Below, one piece after another: positions 23,296-38,100 of a stretch of DNA of 64,000 nt. How positions within the stretch are numbered: position 1 is the first letter of the stretch; every line of letters starts with the position of its first letter. Both the position numbers and the translations under genes were made by a program. The DNA is taken from positions 1,302,001 to 1,366,000 of the forward strand of contig CM119372.1 in NCBI GenBank assembly GCA_051294905.1. The letters run 5' to 3'. This stretch comes from Botryllus schlosseri. Lineage: Eukaryota. The notes below the pieces were generated by a model. It was not told where the DNA came from. It made no database searches and worked only from the letters and a program-made list of their open reading frames with translations.

Positions 23296-26200
23296 AGCTT
23301 GGTTGGCGCTTATCGTTACGGCGTTTATTACAGGTCTACAGGGAAACCCTGTTATAAATTGTCCTTCAAATTTCACTATACTGCTTCTGAAGAGCTTCTT
23401 GGAGGTACAGAACTTCAATATACAATCGATTAGTATATTCATATTTAAATGAATCCGAATATTTTCGGCTGACACTCGTCAGGGGTAATCGTCATAACAA
23501 CTAGTAGCGAATTGGAAAGAACATTGTATGTCAACTACTCAACACTTGTATCATAAGATATGAGTTACCGGCACGAAATTTCGAGTAATCGGAGCGAAGA
23601 GAGCGCTTAATATTAATATACCATGTACTGCTTCTTTATCTATAATCAATTATTCAAAATGTTTACGTGCCGTATACCTGAATCTCATCATACAAACACA
23701 ACCATAATTTTAAGAGTCATAGCGTAGTCCTTATGTTCGTACAGTGACGGTATGAGGTGATATAATCAAGTGGAATATTCGGATAGAAATATTTGACTGC
23801 ACGTCTATAAATCAGCGAATTTTTTTGTCAGCTGTCATTATTGCGATGTTACTTCATTAGAAAGGCCCAGCAAAGAACGAATGGAAAGCGTCTTTGAAAA
23901 AGACAGCCGAAAGATAAAGATCGGACGCTTACATCGGCCATTAGGCCGAGTTTGAGGTTAAATTGAGAGACTGCACTTGGTAGTTTCGTCATCCCCCTAT
24001 ATCTGCTCATGACATCATGGTCCATCGTGAGTGGACGAAAACAAAATAAACTGCAATTATTATTATTATAATGATTGATCCCATGAAGACAGGCATGAAG
24101 ATTTTCTCACTTCGTAAGGATATTAACACTTCCGAAGATTTCTATTCCAAGTCCCTAAGCTCATGTCAGATCAATAACTTTTGTTGATGGACTATTCTAC
24201 GTTCTGAATCATCATCGATTTCAAAATATGTCGTAGGGCAAAAACTTGACGTGATAGAAGAAAACCAGTGGCATTTTTGGGATCAGCACCCCAAAATTAG
24301 CATAACTCAAGTGCAAAGTCAAAGTAAACAAATTTTACGTTCAAAATTGTTGCCCAGAGTTACCCATCACAAGTGTCAGTCGAAAATACTCGGGTTTACT
24401 TCCATGTGAATATATTCTGCAATTGCATGCTATTATCATGTCCATATATTTACATAAGCTTGCTGATTTCACCACACAGCCTCGTAGATAACGCACCCTG
24501 TAACATTAACGCGCCGGAAAGTGAATGTAAATTGAGCGCAATCAAACATCCGATATGTCGGGGAATATTTATTGGGAAAACGGCGATACCTGTTTGAGAA
24601 ATCGATCGAACAGCGCGCGAAAGATTCCAATATCACGGTCTTGCTCTAGGGGGAATTGAAATGGAATAATCCATAATATTCAATGTCAAGCGCCGGGAAA
24701 GCAGTTGGTGATATGATTTTCTCAAACGTTTTTCAGCCAATATATTTTGATCGCGATTTCGTTTTGTAATATAGTACGGGACCCTCCCGTCAGACACCTC
24801 ATTTTGTCGATTCTTCCTTCTTGTTATCTGCATGCCTCTCTTCCTTTTATCGCGATTTTGCGGTCTTTCGAATCGATGAAATTATTAATAAAGTGAACTG
24901 AACTGATGTTGCGGTTGTCCTGATACAGGGAGAAACAAGTTACGATTGCCCGAATTTCATCTGTTCAAGAGTTCGCGACTCTCATTAAAATTTCAGTTAT
25001 TCTAAAGTGACAGCTTTCCACTGCAAAGCACTTTCCCTTCACCGCAGTATATCGTTTGCAAGTTTGCAACCGACTGCGTATAGAAAGAAATAAAATCGTT
25101 TCCAATTGACCAAATCAGCACTTCATTTTCGCAGTAAAATATCCTTTCCACAGCGAATAACTCCCATCACCCTGTACCATATTTTCGAAGAAGCTCATTG
25201 GAGTGTTTGATTGCATTAAGGTACTAATCAAACAAGCATCTATGTTAATCTTGATGTATCTAACACGTTAATGTGCTAGTCATAAACTTGGAGTGTGTGG
25301 TTGTATTAAGTTTACCTCAATTTATTCACCATATCGAGGTATTCTATTCATTGATTTTGGCTGTAATAAGGTACCAGGCTCAAACGAACACATGTTAACT
25401 TGATTTAATAAAAATAGCAAAGAATGACTGGTGTCTTTAGAAAGAGAATCGCATGGGTATCTAATTACTCACAGATGCTTTCTGGTGATTCTTGAAATCG
25501 ACCACGAACGAGACTGAGTAGCATCGCAATTATTTTGACTACAACTTACACAAAATCTCCTAATTAGCGAACGCATATCCGACTTTTGCGAGGCATGGAA
25601 ATGTCGCATATTATCCCGATACAAAATAATGAAGCACGAATCAATATTTATGACAGACAGTCCTCCCTCTCATGTAATCTCCGCGCTTATCCTGAGAAAT
25701 TTGCTGCGATATTTTCCCAGGAGGATGCTTCATCGATCCGGCTCTTCTGTTGATGCCAGTGCGGTTCCGCGCGCCGTGACGTCGGACGATTATCCTTTCA
25801 GGGAATACGGCCGTATTTAAAAGCTTTACAGATCAAAATGATCGTGAGATGGAATCCGATTCTTAAGGGGATACTCCTCGGGCTAAACTGTATATCGGAT
25901 GCATATTCTTTAATAATATGGTAACGATTATTTGCAGAAATACCAGATGTCAAAGAGAGTTAAAAGGTTTATACTACAGTTCGCGTTGAATATGCGACTC
26001 GATGTCGTTGAGTAGTAGCTGATTGGAAGTCACTCGATAACGCATTAGTGTATAGTCAATTTAGAACGAACGAATGGATAAGTTTAGTTTAGAGGTTGAA
26101 CTATATCAGAGTATAGGGTAGTTGATAAAATCAATTACAGTTAAATCCTCAAAAATAGATATGATCAGAGAACAAGCAATTATTTATAGCAGAATTTCGA

Positions 26201-27778
26201 CCAGAGCAGGGGTTTTTGAACTTTTGTTTTATCGCGGACCCCTTCAAGTTTTGTGGGCGGTTGCGCGTACCCCCCAGAATTGCAGAAAAAAGTTCTTCGC
26301 TTTGTGGTGTTATCTGGGCTAAAGATATACTTGATGATTAAATGAAAAAGGTCATCACCTCAGGTTAAAGTCTACTCTGTCTATTCCATGCCGATAATAA
26401 GCTAACTAATGACTATAGACAAGGTGGTTCTTTATTAAATTATAGGCTTATTTTATCAGTGGCTCTTGTGCAGCCCATTCCTTGCTCAAATATGACGAAT
26501 CACGTGAACTGAAACGTTAGAGCTGTAGTCGGTTACCTGTATACGCATGAATTCGATTATCACTGGAGAAATGAGTAGCTTCCAAATATAATCTACGTAT
26601 CATCAGTACACAGAGTTTAACAGAGCGATAATGACCAGTATATATAACAGTAGGCCTACGTAGATATTTGGTATGACTTAGAAGCTATGCCATCGCTATT
26701 AAAGAGATCTAAGCAGAGATCGGAATTATTTTGATGCATCAAATTATTTTACAGCTGATAATGATACTTCCCCCGGTATGCTGATACATTTATTACCTAA
26801 AATATATTATATATATTCCTAACAAGATAGCTTCGCCTCATGCCTGCGCCATGTTACGAATGTCATTCTGCGTTATCATTTCGTTGGCAATGAAGGTGTT
26901 GAATTGTTCTGTGGGTAAAGAGGTAAGTGTATAGCCCCTTATTAGCGCAGCGCGTAGCTCTATTGTAAAGATGGCAAATGTGTCAGCTATTGATATAAGA
27001 AACGGTACAAAAATCAAGCCGCACCGCGATTGCGTACGAATTGTCGCGCTCTCCATGAATTATTGATGGGGTGACAATTGGTTTCTAGCCCCGAAAACAG
27101 CGACGTAGTCGAATTTCGTATTGCAAACAACGCATGTCACACATTGGGGATTATCCTGGGAAAGTTACGTCATTAAAACAATGTTCTGATGCCATGTTTT
27201 CGATAGCGTTTGCTTTATTTAACTCGAGATTAATATTCTTTAATGTTCGCTTTTATGATCAAGTATAAAAACGAAGCCACAAATATAGATTATTCAATTT
27301 GAAACGACCGCCATAATATAGATAACTAACCCACAGATACATACCTAACACATGAGTATATGGTTGGGCAACCAGAGGCCGCTCGCAATTTCTGGTAGCT
27401 TCGTACACTGTTATGGTAATCAATCAATAATCGCCAGATTATATTTTCATCTGATCAAGACACACACAATATACAATACGACAAGACCCAATGCGATGTA
27501 ATGAACAGTTGCAGTCTCTCAAACTGGCATCCTACTCGGCCTTGTCCAATGTCACAGTTCTTTTGCGATGTTTTTATCTATTCCGCGGCTCGTTCTTGCT
27601 CTTTCCATTCATTGTGAGTACGTTCTTTTATCGGGTGTTTTTCTGGGCCTTTTTTCACCGTAAGAACAGCGACGCAGGGGGAGACGAACCGAGATAAATC
27701 TCCCGACACGGAATCGAAACTGAGTCGTCACCATTACACACTAACTCATCCGACAATGGTAATGTTATAGCTTACGAT

Positions 27779-28109
27779 CGGGTTGCATTTAAAACAAACG
27801 GTATCTTAAAACACTTAGTTTAAAACATGTTTTAAACAAATGCCTTTTTGAAAAGAAAAAAAATTGTGCGATGTAGTCCTGGTTAAAGATATTTTTGGTC
27901 AGTTTATGCCAGTGATCGGAAGCCCTTTTCGTCAAAGGAGCCATATTCACCCTACATTTTCAACTGTCAATGGCAAACCACTTTGACGTCACTATTAAAT
28001 ATTCGTGATGTCATGGCTGAAAAAAAACAATGAAAAAACATATTTTAAACACGGGCCTTGTTTTGAACGTGTTTGTATTAATTTGATTTTTGTTTTAAAT
28101 GCAACCCTA
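27779..28109. mobile_element. hAT-type MITE
   Basis: TIR GGGTTGCATTTAAAAC...GTTTTAAATGCAACCC; 8-bp TSD CTTACGAT/CTTACGAC. Confidence 0.8.
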
Positions 28110-29149
28110 CTTACGACCCTTAGTTTTGAACGAAAGCTGCTGTCGCGCTGATTCCGCAAATATACATTAAAATCTTGTCAGGTCACTGCAACAACCTCAA
28201 AGTTGTCCTTAAAAGTCGAAAATAGGTATTGTTCTGAACAATCAATCGGGGCGCCGCAAGACAATTACCATAGCAACGACCTATCGCGGAGCTGTGATTG
28301 GTTGCAACAATACCGATTTGTAACATCATGTGGTCGCCCATCCGATTTGGATTTAAAGAAAGGATTTGGTGATTGATTTTGACCAGATTTTGAATGGGAT
28401 ACGCATTCACACTCAAAGAGCAGAAAAGGGTGGTACAAAAAAACAGAGCTTAACTTAGAATTATTTCGCGGTAATCAATCCTACGGTAGTCTGTGCAGTG
28501 TGCATGCACAATTTGGATTAAAATGTTGTACTCGATTCGTGTACCACAGGTGTATATTCACACCCGTATATTAGGGGTGGTAAGCGGGTGAAAATACACA
28601 GCTTTTCGCTGAGAGTGCGGATTTGCAATCATTTTGAAGCGGGATTCGCTCTATCTGTTTGATGAACCGTACAATAACGAGCTACGCATCTATCCGTAGT
28701 TTAGTTATCTATGGTCAGAGACATCGTAACTGCTCCTGCACCGATTTGTAAGAATTAGCGATTTAAAAAAGCGGAAAGCCTACACTTACACCTCCGAATC
28801 TGCGACATAACTGAAATGTTCTGATATCTTCCAGACACTATCCACGATAGATGTTAAAATTCCACACACGCGACTTGACCGGGACCGGTCCCAAAACGAC
28901 GAACCGATGGCCGCTTCAGAGTTTGACGCACAAACCGCCCGAAAATCGAGAATATCAAAACCTCGTCGGGGACGCAGGTATACTGCGATACGTTTTATAG
29001 GCAGTTGAAGTTTAAATGTTTGACACAAAGGCTCAATTACAATTTCATGACTGTCATGCTGGACTAAACGCAATGATTTGAGTACACCCGAATCTGAATC
29101 GAGCATAAATAGTAGGAGATGATTTTTTTTTCAAATACTGAAATTAAAC

Positions 29150-29350
29150 GGGTGTCGAGATAGCGTCGTGGTATAATCCACAGCTGCAACACCAATGGGT
29201 TGCGGGTTCGAGGCCAGCTGAGGGCGATTCCAGAATTCCTACCTAAGGGTTGGAGGTTTATCTAGGCTCCTCCTCGCCAAGTGATCCGCGCCCAGCTCAA
29301 CTATTTTGTTGACTGACTGATCCGCCTTACTGGTATGACCAGAGGCGGTC
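29150..29350 (+). mobile_element. tRNA-derived SINE (related body in reverse orientation at about 32026-32340)
   Basis: A-box TAGCGTCGTGG and B-box GGTTCGAGGCC followed by a non-tRNA body; TGGAGGTTTATCT shared with the reverse copy. Confidence 0.7.
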
Positions 29351-31479
29351 CGTAACGAAGTATACTTGTGGTTTTTTCAAGTAGGCATACTCAAGTAGGT
29401 TTGTCTACTTCCACGAACTACTCTAGTGGTTAAGGTCCTAGATTACTTCCAGTTCTTTCTAACAGTTTAAGCAAAACTACGTACTTCTATTTGTAACAAT
29501 TTGGATATAGTAGAGTAGAAAGTAGTTTGGGGGTATGCTCGCATCAATTTTACGAGTGAAATTGTCGTGACAACTGGACGAAAGATCACCTGTTTCGTGG
29601 TAACTGATTGTATTTTCCAAAATTGCATCATTTGCAGCGTCCTTGAGGATTTTGCCTTAGTGGCGAAGATACGACTTGCAACTACGAGAGCCGCCACCTC
29701 CAAGTGTCTGCTAAAAGCGCACGAATTCTCCACTTTTCCATAGCACTGGAGTGCTTTTCAGATCTTTTATTTTCGACATCAGCTTGAAGCAGTTTTTAAT
29801 GTCTTGGAAATTGCTACTTCTGTTTGTAATTGAAGAGGAATTCATGGTGTCACTTCAACTTCTTCTTCAACTTCAGCTTCAACTACTACATTTGTGCGCT
29901 GACAATGTCATATAGTCTAGACGGGATGATGCAGTTACAATATTCGAATAGCCTCCACACATATTTTGTAAACCAAAAGGCGTTCATGGCCGACAATCGC
30001 GACACTGAATATTCATGTCACCGCCAAGTCCAAATTAGTTGCGCCCACAGCGATATGAATTAATAATCGCTTCGCGAGTAGAGATCAAAGCCGATGCTCT
30101 CTAAGACTAGGGCCCGGCCGACTATCGGTTCGCTAATAATATCGAGTCTATATCACAATTTGAAATAAATATAGGTGTCGGCCATGAGAGATACAAAATA
30201 TATTTATAGAGTATAGCCCTACTCTTGTTTCGCAAACCAGACCTATGTATCAGCAACATCGGATTGAGCTCCGGGACTAGAACTCTCTCTCTCTCTCTCC
30301 CTCTCTCTCTCGCTCTCTCGGGGTCAAGAGCTAATTGCAACATAGGACCGAATCGTATAGTTCAATGGCTCCCAAATTGATGATTTTGACAGATGGGGGA
30401 TGAAAAAAAGAAGAAGTAGTAGTAGTAGTATACCTCCAAAAGTACTTGAGTAAGTGAATACAACCTACTTGAATACTGTGGTATATTGGCCAGAGCAGGG
30501 TTGCACAACTCGAAATCTTCAGCTTTTCCAGGTTAGACTAGAATTGGAATTGTAGCTTCACAGTGTCTTCTCAATTGATGTAGAATTAGCATGACTGGAT
30601 TCGCACAGGAAATGCAACGGAATCAGATTTAGTTCATACCAAATTAGAGCTCATTCTCATAATCACGAGAATATTATTACAGCAAGCTTGCAATTTTTAG
30701 CACTAAACAGTTCTCCTGTAATACTTCAAAATTTCTTCGTCGTGCAAGTGCACATTCTGCACAATTCCAATGATCTATCCCCTTTTTGCAGCGAGAATCG
30801 GCGATTCCCAGGCGACTTTTCGAATAAATTTAGATATCCAGGAATCACCAGAACGAACATTTTACAGGTCGGTGCGATCTTTTACATGGGACGGCGACCT
30901 ATGATGATTGGCAGTTATTTCGTTGGTATATAATATACTAACTATAGGACTATACGTAACGTATGAAACGCGGACGAAACGCCTTTCGTTTAAAATGCAA
31001 CCCTAGCCCACAAGTTTTCATTCATTATGATTACGATGCCATGATGCAGCCGAACTGTCATTCAAGCATTCCTAGTTTACAATGTATAACTTGCTAGCGA
31101 AGCAATAAAAGACTACGAAATCTCCCGAATATATCATTCGCTACTTTTCAGCCTCTGGCATCAAAATCATATTCCTACAATTATACTGAGGACGGTTTGC
31201 AAGTGAACGGAAGTGTTGATTTTGTGTTCGAACGATTTGGAAAAATCAGGTTTGTAATTTTCGGATGTCCTATCTATTGGAATATGAATAGGACGTTTTA
31301 TAGTTGTATTTAATAATAAATTATTTATACATTATCCTTGCGACGAAATTGCTATCGCCTAATTTTCAGCATATCGTCGCGATTTATGACGACCGGCAAA
31401 GGAAACTCCTGGGCGCAGCTCGTATCGCGCGACCAAGAGCTGAGTTTCAGAGGGATGGAGGGCGTTGTAGTACCCAGGT

Positions 31480-31958
31480 CAGACGTGTACAAACTACCAC
31501 TAGTTCGTTGACGGTCAGCTATTACTGGTTTTGGAGTAGTTGTAGTTCTAGTTGCAGATTTTTAAAGTGTGTACTTCTACTGTAGTTTTAGTTTGGTTGC
31601 TAAAGTACTAACTAACCAACTAAAAAACACGTGCAGTCGTTTGGCGTAAATCGTGATACCGATGCTCTGTCGTGTAATGTTTTAGCAGCCATTGCTAGCT
31701 CAGGGTATTCACTACTTAACAGTGACGTGGCGATAGGCGGTTTTTGGGGATCGAAATCCCTTGTATTGCAAACTCGAAACCCTGTCCTTTTGAAATGCCA
31801 ATTGCTCCAATATTTCTTAGCTCATTTGCAATTCTGCATGATTCGTAATATGAGTTATTTTAGTTGTGTTTTTTTTAGCTAAATAGTTACGGATTTTAAG
31901 GTCGTTAATTCTAGTTCTAGTTGCGCATTTTGAAAGTACAGTAGTTTGGACAAATCTG
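31480..31958. mobile_element. MITE-like element, same family as 3621-4056
   Basis: CAGACGTGTACAAACTAC...GTAGTTTGGACAAATCTG; degenerate 8-bp TSD ACCCAGGT/TCTCAGGT. Confidence 0.65.
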
Positions 31959-32369
31959 TCTCAGGTCATTGAAAAACATTTATTAAGCACCATAGTCCAT
32001 TATATCCTTATCTCCACAGGTCGATAAAAGCGCCGGAAGGATGTTACGTAATCCGCAACCAAAGTAACCCAAGCATTCCAAATCCTTGTCAAAGGATTAA
32101 AACTGTCGTGGGAGGTACTCCTTGTTGTTGTTGTTGCTGTGGTTGATTTGATATTCATTTTGATTCGACTTGGCTACTATGGCCATTTATGAGCCCGATA
32201 TCTCGTATTATGATTCCTGATCTCCCGACTAGCATATGGCAGACTTCCGCTCTAGGATATTTTAAGCCATCGCTTACGTTAATCACAAGGCGACGAGTAG
32301 CATAGATAAACCTCCACAACTTAGTTGGGAACTCGGAGAGAGCCTATTTGTTGCGGGAACTCTTTTCCG

Positions 32370-32520
32370 AGGAGATAGCGTAACGGTGGAACGTCCGGCT
32401 TCTTGATCGGTAAGTCGTGGGTTCGATCCACGGCTGGGTCAGACCAATGACCGGATTAGTAACATAGGTATCCATGACTTCCCCGCATGGCGCTCAGCAT
32501 TACCGCGATAGCATGGAGGG
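32370..32520 (+). mobile_element. tRNA-derived SINE
   Basis: A-box TAGCGTAACGG, B-box GGTTCGATCC, then central body TAGGTATCCATGACTTCCCCGC...GCTCAGCATT. Confidence 0.7.
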
Positions 32521-34426
32521 GTGGTGCAAGTCTTAGAAAGCCTTACAAGTATAGTTCTGCACCTTCATTGGCCAGCGTCACATGCACGTCATGCACTCGT
32601 TGTGTATATGCACAGATCTTGTGTATTTATATCACGCCTCAGTGTATATGTCGCAAAAACAGAAAGGACAAAAATATACTATTTCCTATCCCTATTCTTC
32701 GCATATCTCTATAATACTCCACTTTTTCAGACAATCCAACTCGGGGAAGCCTAGTCAAAACGAACGTTATGGACGATTGTGACGTCATGATGACGTCCTA
32801 CGACATAAATTGGCTGTGCTTCAAAGGGGCCTCGCCCTGCCTGATGGTCGCGATGCGTGGAGGAGTGTACAGGGTGGCTAATAAGATCTGCGCACAAAGT
32901 CCGTGATACGTGCGAGTGGATGCATCCGCGCACTATAGCTAGGTCTTGTTTTGAGAGAGAGTATTCAGTGCTTCTGATGAAAGAGATTCCATAACATAGA
33001 CGATATTTGCAATATTTTGTACTTTTCATGCAATACATTATATCATAATATATATCATTTCGTTTCGTAGCGGATAGGGCTGGACACAATGATTTGAGTA
33101 ATAATTTTATTGATTCTTGTCGAATAATAAGAGCTGATTTTACGAACTCTACTCGAACACTGAACTCGATGCCTGAATACTCGATTCAGAATCGAATCAC
33201 TCAGGTACTCGATTTGTTCAGCACTGGACGGACTGTTGAACACATGCAGTCGGTCTGACGAATAAGGCTACGAATATATACGAGATACCTGATATAATAC
33301 TTTCTCATGTTCATCGTTGGGTTGCCAGATCAAGAGCTGCTTAGAAAATATAGCTACTGCGAGTTAAGTATACTTCTATGTCGCTATATATCCGTAAGAA
33401 TTCAGACTCGATAGATGGCGGTTATGGCGCATAAAGTTCACTACATGGTTCCCAGATATAGGGTGGACCAAGAACGGTCGGCGGAGTGGGAAGTGCTACT
33501 ATACGAGTATGTATTCTGCGTTTATCGGTGGCTGCTGTATATCGGGTGTTTCGTTGTAAGGTTCAAGTTTTTTAGTCTTGCTGCAACACACACAAGTTCT
33601 CCGTCCTGTCGATCCACGCGCGTGCTAGCTCTTCGGACAACATGTTGCCGTTTGGGTTGATATATTAATATATTTGAAACGACTTGGTTCCACCACCGGT
33701 TGGCTCCTCTAGGATCTGAACAGTCTACGGAGTAGATTCCGAACGACCCAGATTTTCGGACAGATCATTTCCGAGGAATCATCCGCGTGACAGGAGTCCA
33801 GCATTGTTGATCCTTGCGCTGTGTGCAAAGGCGACCAAAACGATGAGCATTGTTACTCAAGTACAAGTATAAAAGTAAAGTCGCACCATAAAGAGAGTTA
33901 CAATACTACTTCAAATGGAAGTAAAAAATGAACGTTCTGAAGCTGCTCAAGTGAGCTGTTTCTAAATGTAGATTTGGTCGAGGGGTCGTATACCTTCAGC
34001 AGTTAATCGGCGGTGGTTACTTTCGCAATGGCAAAATGTATCTTAGCGACTAACACAAAATGGCTAATACCAACACGCCAATAGGCACCATATTCCATAA
34101 TATGTTAATAAGAAAATGTTCAATCCGAAGTGGAAGTAGAGTGCAATCGCATAAACATTCCATTAAGCATAGCAAGTAGGCAAAATCTACTTGAGTACTC
34201 CGAAAAAGTAGAAGTATTTCGATACTGACAACCAGACTTGAGCAGGGATGAAAACAGCACAAATCTATTGTTGGAAATCGAAAGTGCACGTAGCAAGTAG
34301 TTTTTTTAACATTCAAGTAGAAGAGGAAGTAGTTAAAAAACATAATCAATTCAGTATAAGTAGTGCAAGCAGGCAAAACAGCCGCAAACTCCTACTCCAG
34401 TACAAATAGAAGTAGCTATTTTCAAG

Positions 34427-34993
34427 CAGGGTTGTAAGTGTAACCAAGTCACAAGGTTCCGAATTATAAGTTAATCTCACTTTTATAGCTTGACTCAAGT
34501 CAAGTCGAGTCATTTTCAATAAATCACCGAGTCGAGTCTGAGTCCCAATCAGTGAGTATTAGAGGGTCAAGTCCGAGTCATAGTGTTGTGACTCGAGTCC
34601 GAGTCCAAATCATTGTGTTCACTGTTCAGTTGTGAGATCAATCCGGCTCAACCCACTTTTTCAACTCTGCTCGAGTGCTAATATCGTATTTTTCCTCAGT
34701 CCTGACAGTTTCTGGTCATCTTTTCCAAGTATAAGGACTGATAGATGAAATACCGATCATGTGGTGACTTTATTATTCTTCGAAGTTACAATGAACTGTC
34801 CGTCTTAACCGTCTTAGTCTCGAGTCATATCCTTTGGTTTGAGTCATGCACATAGACTCGAGTACAAGCCGTGTCAACACAAAACTCGAGTCGAGTTGAG
34901 TCATTTTACGCATTTGAAAAAATGACGAATGAAAAAATATCGTGACTCGAGTAAGACTCTAGTCGAGGCATTACTCGAATCATTGCAACCCTG
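34427..34993. mobile_element. GACTCGAGTC hAT-MITE nested in a TACTCAAGTAG repeat
   Basis: TIR CAGGGTTGTAA...TTGCAACCCTG; TSD TTTTCAAG/TTTCCAAG. Confidence 0.85.
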
Positions 34994-35177
34994 TTTCCAA
35001 GTAAGTAGAAAAGTGAGCATTCTTATCCATAGTTTTATAAAAATATTAAAAAAAACTGGGAGAAGTGGAAGTCGTATATAATAACATGACCGCTGGAGTA
35101 AACAGTTGGCAACACTACTTCAGTACTCCAAAAAGGCATAAATACTTCGTTACTGACCGACACTTCACTGTGTAGCA

Positions 35178-38100
35178 TCACAGAAGCGATGCAGACTCTA
35201 GGTTCTCTCTGATCACTGTGTCCATGACCGCGTGGAAAACCGTCTCGATGTGTCGTGTGTCCGTTGCAGTTGTGTAGTGAGGATAAATGATCTGCGTAGT
35301 CAGAGACGATAATTTGAGATTGAAATCTAACACCGCGCGGAATGACTATCAAAGTAACCGCAAATGATTTGAAGTTCTTGTGGAAATTATACGACAAATT
35401 ATTAGCAATCATCGTCATTTCATAAATTACGAACGGAAATCACGATGATCTGAAACAGCGGTTATCAACCTTTATGAAATTGTGGACCGTTAAAATTGAA
35501 ATGATCAACATAACGCCAGAATGTAATTACGACAAAAGTACATGACTCAAAAAACAAAGAATGAGGAACTTTAGTTAAATGAGAAATTTGTCGCTGTGTT
35601 TTCCGTAACAAAAGTTTATTAAAAGTTTATCCGCCGGTCGCTGTACTGAAATCAATCGTCCAGTATAACAACTTGGTCGCAGTCGCGCGCACTGGGCGAT
35701 TCCGAAACTAACCTGCTTCGCGTTGGTGTTGAGTTTCAGGAAGTTCGATTTGATAAAATTTGCAGCCTCCTCCAAATCGTTATTCCGTCCTGAAAGCAAA
35801 TTATATTAAGACGCATGTGATTGACGATTTCGGTGTTTTCGTGATTCGTGATTTGTCATTGAGCTCACCTTGATATTCGGGGAAGTAGATTCGCAAATGC
35901 CTTTTTGTTCGTTTAATCTTCTTCTCGAATAAGTCGAACTTGTTTAAGAACAGAATCTGTTGTTGAAAGATTTGAAACAAAGTCTTTAAAATGCGATTAT
36001 AAGTCGTCATATACAAGCAGATTATATCCGTTATAACAGAAGTTGTTGACATATGTGAAATGCTGCATGGTGTTCTTGTTGGAGACCACTAACTTGTCAT
36101 AAAATGAAACTTCTGCGGATATTTAAAAAATAATTAATCAAAATTAGGTAAGTAAGGAGAAATAAACAATAAGATTCACAATAATACATAGGAATATAAC
36201 CCTGATTACTGAACATTTTTGAAAACGGAGTCAAAAGGTTTTTTTGACTGTGGTTAAAACCGCGTCTGATCAGTTCTGATCTCACTTAACCGACATATAG
36301 TAAGACTAGTCTGACATAGTTGTTTTTTTATCAACAAGAAATAATCTCAAACTCACCATGGAAGTTTGTCTAAAGAAAGCGTTGTTGCAAATAGAACCGA
36401 ATAGTTTCAGGCTTTCGCGCAGGCGATTCTGCGATAGAAGAGCGTCAAGAAATCATATTAGGAAATAAATCAATGCCTGAAGGAAAATGCTATGCCGAGT
36501 TAAGCGAGATACATTTCTCTATTGTAGTAGGACCTAGAGATATCTCAACTTCCAGATATTTCTGTATGGACCGCACTAAAACATATTATGTGTCTGAACT
36601 TAAGTTTAAAAACAGTTGAAGGGTTCTATGAGCTATCGCGACATCGATGATCCGTCGTTTACAGTCATCGAGTTCGGTTGGTAAGCTTGATCCGATGTCT
36701 TCAAAATTTGAAAGGACAGAAATGATCCCATGAGTTGGACAACAGGAAAATTTTCAGCTTTTCCGAATTAGATTAGAATTAGAATTATACTCAATTGACG
36801 AAAACTTGGAAATTGAATTAAATTGCCAATTGAACAGAAATACAAAAATCATGTTTACTTCATAATGAATCACACTTCATTCCCGTAGGCAAGAGAATGG
36901 CGTTCGCCTGTACAGTGTACTTGTATATCTCTCCTGTAGTATTTTTTGAGGAAAACCAGAAAGTAGATTATAAGTAAAATGGCAGAGAGAGAGAGCATGC
37001 CGTCTGGGAGCGGGTGAGAAGCAGCGCAAACCTCAAACGCCATTGTTGCGCAACCGATTGAGCATTCACACTATCACTCTCGTGCGTACTCGCTCCTATA
37101 AGCTGCTCAGACGGCATGGCTGCGTCACAATACCAAAATCCGTTACAATGCAACATTCGAGGCTGATCGTGGAGGCCCCAGGGCCACGAGCAGAATATTT
37201 TTTTATTTTCGCAATCAGTACCACGGTAGCTTTCGATTGATACCCATTATATAAAATTTAATGGTCTGCAAGCCGGTCAAAAATCACCGTAAAAATGCCT
37301 TTGACCATATGGAAAGTGTGGCGTAGAACAATTTCACTGAGCCGTGAGATTTGCCTATGTCCACACCATATAGGATACTACGGTTGCATTATAGATAACT
37401 AACCTACGTAGGTTAGTTATCTATAGTTGCATACTCACAACGCTCGAATCCTCCAACAACGTCATATCATAACCACTGAGAGCAGCTACGAACAAGACCG
37501 CACGCACGTGATCAAAACAAGCAATCCATTTCCGCCTCTCTGTTCGCTGACCGCCAACATCGAACACCCTGAAACGACCAGAGATGGCACTCAAGAAAAG
37601 TATACAAGTAACCATTTCTAGCACATGTCCCAACTTCTTCAAGACCAAAAGGTAGATTTGGCCGAGGGCTCGCATACCGATTGCAATTAATCGGGGGGTG
37701 ATTAGACATTCGAAATTGCAAGATGTATCTTCGCCATAACTGACCCAACATGACTAATGTCGCTGCAAATATATTGGTGCAATTTTCCGAAAATATAATA
37801 GGTTACCATGACACATAGGGGATCTGTTGAAGCATAAGGTGAAAGTAATCAAGCAATACAGCCACTTAAGTAAGTATAGTGAGAGTAGACAAACATTATA
37901 GTTGAGTACTTCGAAAAAGTAGAAGTACTTCGTAATCAATTGTGGCAGCCCACCCATTAGGGGTGTATTTGTTATGATTTCCAGTAAATTCGGCCCTCGG
38001 TAACTTCGGCCGGTGAATTCGGCCCTCGGTCACTTCGGCTCTCGGTAAATTCGTCCCTCGGTAAATTCGGCACCCGGTAAATTCGGCCAGGGCCAGGGTA

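Larger units (their letters stand above)
26851..32906 (+). pseudogene. Candidate spliced secreted or type-II protein gene, possibly a decayed TNF-superfamily-like ligand
   Basis: Exon candidates 26851-26922 (MLRMSFCVIISLAMKVLNCSVGKE, GTAAGT donor), 28835-28977 (ends KPRRGRR), 31370-31477 (...SWAQLVSRDQELSFRGMEGVVVP), about 32617-32670 (VYLYHASVYM, frameshifted), 32731-32906 (...MRGGVYRV...); motif resemblance only. Confidence 0.35.

Noticed and set aside
29150..32450. tRNA genes at about 29150 and 32370
   Set aside because: A/B boxes are present but I cannot fold a clean cloverleaf, and each continues into a SINE body
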